Positions 15,710-23,257 of a DNA stretch of 29,218 bases are shown piece after piece. The stretch is from an uncultured Planctomycetales bacterium (lineage in GTDB: Bacteria; Planctomycetota; UBA1135), in NCBI GenBank assembly GCA_964506175.1, contig CAZDMB010000005.1, positions 1 to 29,218 on the forward strand. Direction: 5' to 3'. Within the stretch, counting starts at the first letter, position 1, and every line of letters begins with the position of its first letter. The translations under genes were made by a program, and so were the position numbers. Under the pieces are notes generated by a model that saw nothing but the letters and a program-made list of their open reading frames with translations, had not been told where the DNA came from and made no database searches.

Positions 15710-18364
15710 TCACTCCGCCGGGTCGGACTTGCGCTTCGCCTTGCCGGCCGACTTGGCGGCCCGCGCCATCTCCTTCAGACGGCGCTTCAACTCCTTGCGC
15801 ACGTCGCGCCCGAGCCGCTCCTGCAGCACGATCTCCAGTTCGCCGCCGGTTCCCGGGCCCTCGCCCGCGGCCGCCGGCACCGGCGCCGGCGCGCCCGGCC
15901 CGCGCGGTCCCGGCCGGCGCAGCACCACCAGGAAGGGATCGCGCAGCGCGCCGAGGAAACGGCGCCGCGCCAGCACCCGCACGGTGTCGCCGTGCACGAG
16001 CGCCTGCACGCGGCCCGCCCACTTGCAGTCGCGCTGCAAAGCGGCCACCGTCGACAAGCCGGCGTCCACGCCCTGGCGCCGGCCGAGGAGCTCCAGGCAG
16101 GCGCAGCACAGGCCATCCAGCATTTCCTTGTTGCTGACCGGCTGACGGCACAGGCCGCAGGGCTCGGTCTCGCCGACGTCCACCACCAGGCCGCTGATGC
16201 CGCAGTGCACCGCGCGATCGCGCGCAATCCGCTTGCCGGAGAGTTCGCTGATCACCAATTCGTCCGGGAACACGGGCCGGCGCGTGGTCTCGCACAGCAC
16301 GAGCAGCTCCTTCGCGCCGCGTTCGCCGCTCAGCTTCGAAACTCCCATGAACTGCGGCAGCATGCGCCGGCCGCTGCGCGAGCAGGTCTGTAGCATGTCT
16401 GGGCGCACCCGCTTGCCGCTGGCTTCGCAGGTGGCCAGGTACTCGTCCAGCACCTTGTTGCCGCTGACTTGACAAGTTCCGAGGAGTGACGGCAGAACGC
16501 GTTTGCCGGTCGCGGAGCAGGTGGCGAGTTCCTCCGGCAGGGCCGGCGCGCCGGTCACCGCGCAGTGCACGACGATGTCCTCGGTGATCTCGGCTCCCGA
16601 CACCGCCGAACGGACCAGGTTTTCCCGCAGCGTTTTCTTGCCGGTGCGCTCGCACGACACGAGCAGTTCCTTGAGCACCTTGCTGCCGGTCACTTCGTTG
16701 ACGCCGAGCAGCGAGGGCATCACGCGCTTGCCCGTGATGCTGCAGGCCTCGAGCACGCCCGGCGCCACCAGTTCGCCGCTGACTTCGCAGTGCTCGGCCA
16801 CGCGCCGCAGGATGCGCCGGTGGGTGGCCGCGCAGGCCACGAACTGGTCCGGGTGCGCCATCACCCCCGTGGCGGCGCAGCGCTCCAACTTGTCCGGCAG
16901 GGCCTGCCGACCGGTCTCCTGGCACTGCGTCAACTCGGTCGCCAGCACCTGCGCGCCGGTGATCGAGCACGAGCCGAAGCGTTCGGCCAGGGTGTGCAGG
17001 CCGGTGCGCGGGCACTTGCGCAGCAGGCGTTGCAGCACGCGCAAGCCGGTGACGTCGTCCATGCCGAGCAGCGAGCGCCGCACGCGGCGGCGCGTCGCCG
17101 CGCACGTCTCGAGCGCCTCCGGCGCGCACGGCGCGCCGGACTCCTCGCAAGCGATGGCCTTCTCCTTCAGCAACCAGTTGCCCGTCTCGGCGCACTGCAC
17201 CAGCAGGTCCTTGGCCACCCGGCGGCCGGTCACCGCGCAGGTGCCGATGTGCTCGGGCAGCACGCGGCGCCCGGTGGCGGCGCAAGTCTGCAGGAGGGAG
17301 CGCCGCACCCGGCGTCCGGTCGCCGCGCAGGCCTCGAGGCCCTCCGGCAGCACTTGCACGCCGGTGGCCGCGCAGGCGTCGAAGAACTGGGGACGCGCGC
17401 GTTTGCCGGTTTCCGGGCAGACCCGCAGCAGCGTGTGGCGAACTTCGGCGCCGCTCACTTCGCAGCGGCCGAGCGCCTCCGGCAGCACCATCAGGCCGGA
17501 TTCCGCGCACTTGCGCAGGTGGCTCGCGCAGCCGAAGGCGCCCGTCTCCGGGCAACTCGCGCCCTCTTCCGGCAGCAGCCGCGCACCGCAGCTGCTGCAG
17601 GCGCGGATTTCCTGCGGCAGGGCCAGGCGGCCGCTGGCGTCGCTGCGCACCATGGACTCGGGCAGGGCGCGCGCGCCGCTCACGGCGCTGGCCACGAAAA
17701 ACTCCTCCAGGCAGAGTTCGCCGCTGACCGGATCCTGGAACAGCAGGTCGCGCGCGACGCGCTTGCCGGAGCGCGCGCAGGTCGCGACTTCGTCCGGCAA
17801 CAGGGAGCGCCCGCTGGCGGCGCAGTTCACCAACTCGTCGGCGAAGGCCCAGCGGCCGGAGAGCGCGCTGCGCACGAGATCGACCTTCGGGCCGGCGCGG
17901 CCGGAGACCGCGGAGTGGGCGATCTCATCCTGCAGGAAGACGCGTCCGTCCGCCAGGGTCACGCAGCAAGCCGCGCACGCCCTGCCGCCGCCCGCCGTCA
18001 GCGTGAGATGCTCCGCGCACAGCGACTTGTCGCAACCGGCGCAGCTCGCGGCGTGGCGCTCGCAGTGCTCCTTGCCGCAGTCGGCGCAGGCGCTCAGGCC
18101 GCCGCTGTCCTGCGCATGTTCCGGGCAGTGGCCGTTCGTGCAGCCGGGAGTGGCGCAGGTGCGGATGGACCCAGCCGGGACCAGGTGGCCGCTGGCGCAG
18201 GCCCACAGCGGCGCATCCGCCGCGGCGCCGGCGGGCAAAGGCAGTTCGTCGAGCAACACGCCGCTCACCGGCACGCACCGCAGGCGCAACGGCCAGGCGG
18301 CGCTCTGATCGCGGTGGCGCACGCGCGCCTCCACCGTGACGATGGAGTAGAGCACGCCAATCAC
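15710..18364 (-). CDS. Cys-rich repeat protein: B-box-like Zn-finger cluster plus 39 tandem 15-aa C-x-x-[ST]-G repeats; probably the C-terminal half of the upstream helicase-like gene
   Basis: 884 aa ORF with host-like codon use. The frame stays open upstream to 18544 with no ATG/GTG/TTG before 18364, and good codons continue to about 18457 (ADLAAFLQHAAS...). Confidence 0.85.
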   Translation of the reverse strand: MIGVLYSIVTVEARVRHRDQSAAWPLRLRCVPVSGVLLDELPLPAGAAADAPLWACASGHLVPAGSIRTCATPGCTNGHCPEHAQDSGGLSACADCGKEHCERHAASCAGCDKSLCAEHLTLTAGGGRACAACCVTLADGRVFLQDEIAHSAVSGRAGPKVDLVRSALSGRWAFADELVNCAASGRSLLPDEVATCARSGKRVARDLLFQDPVSGELCLEEFFVASAVSGARALPESMVRSDASGRLALPQEIRACSSCGARLLPEEGASCPETGAFGCASHLRKCAESGLMVLPEALGRCEVSGAEVRHTLLRVCPETGKRARPQFFDACAATGVQVLPEGLEACAATGRRVRRSLLQTCAATGRRVLPEHIGTCAVTGRRVAKDLLVQCAETGNWLLKEKAIACEESGAPCAPEALETCAATRRRVRRSLLGMDDVTGLRVLQRLLRKCPRTGLHTLAERFGSCSITGAQVLATELTQCQETGRQALPDKLERCAATGVMAHPDQFVACAATHRRILRRVAEHCEVSGELVAPGVLEACSITGKRVMPSLLGVNEVTGSKVLKELLVSCERTGKKTLRENLVRSAVSGAEITEDIVVHCAVTGAPALPEELATCSATGKRVLPSLLGTCQVSGNKVLDEYLATCEASGKRVRPDMLQTCSRSGRRMLPQFMGVSKLSGERGAKELLVLCETTRRPVFPDELVISELSGKRIARDRAVHCGISGLVVDVGETEPCGLCRQPVSNKEMLDGLCCACLELLGRRQGVDAGLSTVAALQRDCKWAGRVQALVHGDTVRVLARRRFLGALRDPFLVVLRRPGPRGPGAPAPVPAAAGEGPGTGGELEIVLQERLGRDVRKELKRRLKEMARAAKSAGKAKRKSDPAE
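16160..17914 (-). repeat. Coding tandem repeat, 39 x 45 nt (15 aa), consensus C-x-x-[ST]-G-x-x-hydrophobic-x-x-x-x-hydrophobic-x-x
   Basis: Manual parsing from SAVSGRAGPKVDLVR (aa151) to CGISGLVVDVGETEP with no indels. Cys at position 1 in 29/39 units, Ser/Thr at position 4 in 38/39, Gly at position 5 in 36/39. Confidence 0.95.
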
Positions 18365-20927
18365 GCCCTCGCAGCGGGCGCGGAGCTGCGCCTCCGGGGC
18401 GGCGCGGTTGCCGGCGGTCTGCCGCGAAGCGGCATGCTGCAGGAACGCGGCCAGGTCCGCGCTCCCGCGCGGCCCCTTCGATCGTGGCGCCCGCGCGCTG
18501 GAAGGTCGCGGCGAGCGCGGCGCTGGCGGCCTCGTCCAGGGAGCTCACCATGGGCAGCCGCGAGCCATCGGGCGCCGGCAGAGTTTCCGGAGCGTCCAGA
18601 TAGGCCTCGAGCTTGTGCCCCGGGGCGCAGTCGCGTACTTCGAAGAGCGACTCCTGCCGCTCCGGGCCGCTGGCCGCGCAGGCGCTCATCTGCAAGGTGC
18701 TGGCCGCGATGGGTTCGCTCGCGGCGGCGCTCACGGATTCCAACAGCAGACCGTGGGCCGCGAGCCGCTCCTGCAGCTTGCGCGCCACCCGATCGAGCGG
18801 ATAGTTCCGCGCGTCCGCAAGGAAGAAGCGCGAGCCTTCGCGGAAGCCCGCCGTCAGGCGCTGCCAGGCCCACGAGCCCGGCTCGCACACGAGCACGCGC
18901 TCGCCGGCGGCCGGTTGGCGCGCCAGAGTGCGCCCTGCGGGGTCGGGCGTGCGCAACTCGAAGTGCTGGCCGCCCTCCTCCAGCAGGATGCGCTTGTCGT
19001 CGGTGACGTGCCAGCCTCCCGTGCGCAGCTCCAGGCTCGCCGCGACCAATTGCGCGACGCTGAACCGCGGCGGCTCGCCCAGGTTCTCGCGGCGCCGGCG
19101 GGGCGTGGTGCGCACCAGATCTCCGAGCACGCGATCGGTGTTGCGGCGCCGTTCGGCGCGGCCGCTCTCCGCGGCTTTGCGCTTCTCGATCAGCGGCAGC
19201 AACTCCTCCTCGCGCTGCGCGCCTTGGAACCAGTCGGCGGCGCGGCCCAGCAGGAAGCGCAGCCAGCCGCGCGCGCCGTCGGCAAAGCCGAGATCGGCGA
19301 GCCAGCCGCTGACTTCGTCCGGCTCGAGTTCGTGGAAGCCGAGGCGCGTCTGCGCGCCGTTGATGGCCGCGTCCTCGGCGGTGCCCTTGAGCACGAAGCG
19401 CCGGATCTGCGTCTTGCCGGACTTCGCGGCGCCCAGGTGCTCCAGGCGTCCCGCGTGATCGGCGGGCTCGAGCGGCAAGTCGAAGTGCACCAGTTCGGTG
19501 ACGGCGCGAATGGCTTGGCCGCGCGCGGCCGCGTCGGGCGCCAGCAGGATGCGGCGCTCGCCCAGGGTGAAGCGCTGGATGGCGAGGCGATTCAGGCCGT
19601 CGTTGCCCTCCCGCAGGGTTTCAAGGTGCTCGATCAAGCCGGCCTGCGACAGCGCCTGCCCCACGCCCGCGGCCGAAGCGGCGCTGCGCACGCAGACCAG
19701 GATGCGCGCCTCGCGATCCTTGAGCGCCTTGCGCGCCAGCGTCGCCAGCTCCGCCGTCTTCGCGGTCTCGCGCATGTTGCGCCCGCGGACGACCAGATCC
19801 TGCAGCATGCGCTTCAGACCAGCCTCGTTCACGAGGTTGCGCGACAGCGCCTTCTCGACCGCGTCGGCGAAGTGCCACGGTCCGCCGAGAGCGGCGGCCA
19901 GGTAGTGTTCGCGCGCGCCTTCCGGAAAGCCGAGAGCCGCGCGGAAGGCGAGTTCCAGGTATTCCTTCTCGCGCGGCTGCGTCTCGACCAGATGCTCCTT
20001 GACCGTGCGCCGCGGGCGCTTGGCGCCGGCTTCGGCCGGCCCCGCGCCGCGGCGGCGCATCCACGCCGCCAAGCGCGCGCGCAGTTCCTCTTCCGCCCCG
20101 CGGCGGACGAAACGCGCCTGCGCCTCGCCCTGCAAGAAGGTCTGCACGAACTCCTCCCACGGGCCGAGCGGGTGCGGCACCTGGCCGCGCACGAGGTCGA
20201 GCGCGCGGTGCAGCGTGGCGAAGCCGTCGTGCATCGGCGAGGAGCTGCGCGCGAAGACGAAGGCCTGCTCGGCGTTCAGCACGCGCCGCAGGGCGCGCTG
20301 GTTCTCGGCGCTCACTTCGTGCGCCTCGTCGATCAGGAGAATGCCGAATTCACGATCAGCGAGCTGCTGCGCGCGCTGCGCCGCGGTGGCGTGGTCGATC
20401 ACCCAGCAGGCGCCGTCGCGCAGGTGCGCGAAGTCGTCCTCGCCGCAGAGGCGCGCCGGCAGGCCGTATTCGGACTCGAGGCGCTCGACCCATTCCGCCG
20501 CGTTCGCCGCGGGGCACAGCACCAGCAGGCTGTCGGCCTGGCCGCGCTCGATCAGCTCGGCGGCCGCCACGGCCATCGCCTGGCGCACGGCGTCGCCGTC
20601 CTCGTCGCAGACGAGCGCCCGCGGACCCAAGTCGCGCAGCATGGCGAGCGCGTGTTCGATCACCGCGTCCGCCGGCTCGAGTTGCCGGCGCTCCAGACAG
20701 GAGAAATCCGCGCGCTCGTTCAGGGCCAGACCGCGCGCCAACTCGTGCTGCCGCACCGCGAGCCGCAGGCGGAAGGACTTGCGATCCGCCGCCGGCTTGT
20801 CGGCGCTCTCCAGCAGCCAAGCGGCGAGCGCCGGCGCTTCGAAGGGAATCTGTTGCGGAATCGCGGAGGCGCCGGGGTTCGGGGTCCCAGTCGCTCCCGA
20901 AATGGAGGCGGGCGAAAGCTTGCTCAT
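17925..20927 (-). CDS. SNF2/RapA/YqhH-like helicase homolog with degenerate ATPase motifs (pseudo-helicase); genuine coding probably ends near 18459 at a frameshift
   Basis: Likely start is ATG 20927. RALVCDEDGDAVRQ (motif I position), LLVLCPAANAAEW (Ia), LLIDEAHEV (II), ILLAPDAAARG (V) and HFDLPLEPADHAGRL (VI position). Translation turns into low-quality R/A/P-rich sequence after IEGAARER. Confidence 0.75.
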   Translation of the reverse strand: MSKLSPASISGATGTPNPGASAIPQQIPFEAPALAAWLLESADKPAADRKSFRLRLAVRQHELARGLALNERADFSCLERRQLEPADAVIEHALAMLRDLGPRALVCDEDGDAVRQAMAVAAAELIERGQADSLLVLCPAANAAEWVERLESEYGLPARLCGEDDFAHLRDGACWVIDHATAAQRAQQLADREFGILLIDEAHEVSAENQRALRRVLNAEQAFVFARSSSPMHDGFATLHRALDLVRGQVPHPLGPWEEFVQTFLQGEAQARFVRRGAEEELRARLAAWMRRRGAGPAEAGAKRPRRTVKEHLVETQPREKEYLELAFRAALGFPEGAREHYLAAALGGPWHFADAVEKALSRNLVNEAGLKRMLQDLVVRGRNMRETAKTAELATLARKALKDREARILVCVRSAASAAGVGQALSQAGLIEHLETLREGNDGLNRLAIQRFTLGERRILLAPDAAARGQAIRAVTELVHFDLPLEPADHAGRLEHLGAAKSGKTQIRRFVLKGTAEDAAINGAQTRLGFHELEPDEVSGWLADLGFADGARGWLRFLLGRAADWFQGAQREEELLPLIEKRKAAESGRAERRRNTDRVLGDLVRTTPRRRRENLGEPPRFSVAQLVAASLELRTGGWHVTDDKRILLEEGGQHFELRTPDPAGRTLARQPAAGERVLVCEPGSWAWQRLTAGFREGSRFFLADARNYPLDRVARKLQERLAAHGLLLESVSAAASEPIAASTLQMSACAASGPERQESLFEVRDCAPGHKLEAYLDAPETLPAPDGSRLPMVSSLDEAASAALAATFQRAGATIEGAARERGPGRVPAACRFAADRRQPRRPGGAAPRPLRGRDWRALLHRHGGGARAPPRSERRLAVAPAVRAGERRVARRTAFARRRRGGCAAVGLRQRPPGPGWVHPHLRHSRLHERPLPGTCAGQRRPERLRRLRQGALRAPRRELRRLRQVAVRGASHADGGRRQGVRGLLRDPGGRTRLPAG

Positions 20928-21055
20928 GATTGGAAGAAAGGCTCCCTCCTTATCGGGCTGGAAGCGCCCTGGCATGAAACAAGACCTTGCCGTTGTCCTT
21001 CTGCTCCCGGATTCCGCGGCAACCCGGCCCGGTTCTGCCGATAAGAGGGACCGGG

Positions 21056-22555
21056 ATGCGGACCTCAAGGTCACTCGTCGGCGCGGCGTGCGCCGCCGCG
21101 GCGCTGACGGCTTGCCTCGCGGGCGGCGGGGGCACGCCCACGGGCGAGGCGGAACTGGACGTCCAGCTGGCCGCCCTCATCCTCGAGCACGGGCTCACCG
21201 GGAGGCCGGAACTCCTGGCCACGAACGAAGGCGAGAACCTCCCGCGCCTGGACGATCCGCTGGTCGAACTCGGCAAGCGCCTGTTCTTCACGCGCTCTCT
21301 CGGCGGCAACTTCACCTCGACCTGCGCGAGTTGCCACCATCCGCTGCTCGCCGGCGGCGACGCGCTCACCCTGCCGGTCGGGGTGGACGCGGTGGACCCG
21401 GCGCGCGTCGGCCCGGGCCGCCAGCAAGCGCCCGGCGCGGCGGGCTATGACGGCGGCCCCAACGTGCCGCGCAATTCCCCCACCACCTTCAACAGCGTGC
21501 TCTATCGCAAGGCGCTGTTCTGGGACGGCCGCGTGCGCCGCAATCCGCTGGACGGCGGCATCCTGACGCCGGATTCCGCCGGTCCGACCGCCAGCGACCC
21601 GGACGCGGGTCCCTCGCTGCTGGCCGCGCAGGCGCGCTTCCCCGTGACCTCGGAGGAGGAGATGCGCTCCTTCGACTTCGAGATCAACAGCACGCGCGCC
21701 GAGGTGCGCGCGCACCTGGCTGGCCGCCTCGGCCACTACGGCGCCGGCGTCGGCGAGATTCCGGATTCGTGGCTGCCGCTTTTTCGCCGCGCCTTCGATC
21801 AGCCCGCCGGCACCGCCCAGGACCTGATCCACTTCGGCACCATCAACCTCGCGCTCGCCGCGTATCAGGCCTCGCAATTGTTCGTGGACAATCCGTGGAA
21901 CCGCTACGTGCTGGGCGAGACCAAGGCCATCAGCACGGCGGCCAAGCGCGGCGCGCTCCTGTTCTTCCGCACGCCGGCGCACGGCGGCGCCGGTTGCGCC
22001 GCGTGCCATTCCGGCGATTTCTTCACCGACGAGGACTTCCACATCCTCGCCATGCCGCAGGTTGGACGCGGCAAGGGGGACGTCAACGAGCTCGGCGAAG
22101 CCACCGGCGACTTCGGCCGCTGGCAAGTGACGGGAGACGCCCGCGACAAATTCGCCTTCCGCACGCCGACCCTGCTGAACGCCGAGGTGAGCGCGCCCTA
22201 CGGCCATGACGGCGCCTACGACGCGCTGGCGGACGTGATCCGGCATCATCTGGACCCCGTCGGCATGGCCGCGAACTACTACTGGCCGCAGACGGACCCA
22301 GGCACGCAAGTGTCCTCGATGATCCAGAACACCGGCGAGGCGGTGGCGGCGCTGCTGGCGGCGCGGGCGCAAGGCCGCTCGCTGCTGCCGACCGGCGTGG
22401 CCCTGACCAATCAGGACCTCGGCGACCTGCTCGCCTTCATGAAGGCCCTGACGGACGCGCGGGTGAAATCCGCGGCGGCGCTGGAGCCGTGGGTGGCGCG
22501 CGATGACGCGCAATTCACCGACTCGCAGTTGCTCGACGCCAGTTTCCAGAACTGA
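21056..22555 (+). CDS. Di-haem cytochrome c peroxidase / MauG-like lipoprotein
   Basis: Start re-assigned to ATG 21056. Lipobox LTAC; CASCH and CAACH; RNSPTTFN, LFWDGR, FRTPTLLN and PYGHDG. Confidence 0.9.
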   Translation: MRTSRSLVGAACAAAALTACLAGGGGTPTGEAELDVQLAALILEHGLTGRPELLATNEGENLPRLDDPLVELGKRLFFTRSLGGNFTSTCASCHHPLLAGGDALTLPVGVDAVDPARVGPGRQQAPGAAGYDGGPNVPRNSPTTFNSVLYRKALFWDGRVRRNPLDGGILTPDSAGPTASDPDAGPSLLAAQARFPVTSEEEMRSFDFEINSTRAEVRAHLAGRLGHYGAGVGEIPDSWLPLFRRAFDQPAGTAQDLIHFGTINLALAAYQASQLFVDNPWNRYVLGETKAISTAAKRGALLFFRTPAHGGAGCAACHSGDFFTDEDFHILAMPQVGRGKGDVNELGEATGDFGRWQVTGDARDKFAFRTPTLLNAEVSAPYGHDGAYDALADVIRHHLDPVGMAANYYWPQTDPGTQVSSMIQNTGEAVAALLAARAQGRSLLPTGVALTNQDLGDLLAFMKALTDARVKSAAALEPWVARDDAQFTDSQLLDASFQN

Positions 22556-22576
22556 GCACGGCGCGTGGTTTGCCGC

Positions 22577-22582
22577 TAGCAT
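22577..22582 (+). promoter_or_regulatory. Putative -10 box (TAGCAT) 6 nt before ATG 22589
   Basis: Same TAnnnT geometry as at other genes; independently supports 22589 as the true start. Confidence 0.55.
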
Positions 22583-22588
22583 CCTCGG

Positions 22589-23248
22589 ATGCTCGCCGAA
22601 CTCCTCCTGCTCGCCCAGCAGCCCGCCACGGACGCCGCCGTCCCTTCATGACCCGTGTGACCGGGCGAAGGCCAGCCGGTTCGTTGGACCGGCGACACCG
22701 AGAAAGAGCGGCCATACACCTTCAGCCTGCGCTGGATTCCGAACATCGCGGTGGATCGGCCGCGCGTGCGCATGAACCTCGCCTACCGCGCGACCACGCG
22801 CCTGTCGGTGGCCCTGGAATACAACCCGCTCGCGGACGAGGTTCTGCCGAACTTCAACTACTCGCCCTCTTTGCCCGGCGAACACATCGAGGGCGTCGGC
22901 GCGATCGTGGGCCTTTCTTCCGACCGCATCGGCACCCCGAGCGGCGTCGCCTGGTTCGGGACGCTGTCCTGGAACGCGCAGGCGTGGAGCGACCTGCCGC
23001 TCTCCGGCTACGCCGGCCTCGCCTTCGGCACCTACGAGGACGAACTGCGGCCGATCGCCGGCGCCACCTGGAGTTTCAGCGACCGCATCTCCGCCGGCTT
23101 CATCCATGACGGCGAGAACCCGCACTGGATCGGTTCCTATGGCCTGGGCGAACTGGGCCCGGGCGGCGGCCTCTATCAGGCGGATCTGCTGATCATCGAG
23201 CAGGACGGCGTGCGCACCTTCGGCACCACGCTTTCCGTCCGCTTCTAG
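22589..23248 (+). CDS. Candidate selenoprotein: small outer-membrane beta-barrel-like protein with an N-terminal UxxU motif (219 aa if both TGA are decoded)
   Basis: ATG 22589 is in frame with track ORF 22751..23248: MLAELLLLA-QQPATDAAVPS-TGA(22649)-P-V-TGA(22658)-PGEGQPVRWTG... It has a signal peptide, amphipathic strands, SSDRIGTP, a C-terminal beta-signal-like TTLSVRF and a downstream hairpin. Confidence 0.75.
22675..22693 (+). promoter_or_regulatory. Bacterial SECIS-like stem-loop
   Basis: GCCGGU(UC)-GUU-(GG)ACCGGC: six Watson-Crick pairs plus U-G and C-G, with an apical G followed by U. The loop G (22683) lies 22 nt after the second UGA and 31 nt after the first. Confidence 0.65.
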
Positions 23249-23257
23249 AATGGCGCC

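Noticed and set aside
16160-17914. CRISPR array or DNA-level VNTR
   Set aside because: The periodicity is at protein level inside an open frame; the nucleotide units are diverged, with no identical repeats or unique spacers.
16503-18308. Apparent periodic pattern (RRPVAAQ, PVSAH) in the antisense ORF
   Set aside because: It is simply the reverse-complement image of the C-x-x-T-G repeat codons.
22649-22660. TGA read as Trp or Gly through an alternative genetic code
   Set aside because: TGA is an ordinary stop for many genes here (1830, 2876, 4415, 7173, 8593, 9188, 22553), and Trp is encoded by TGG throughout.
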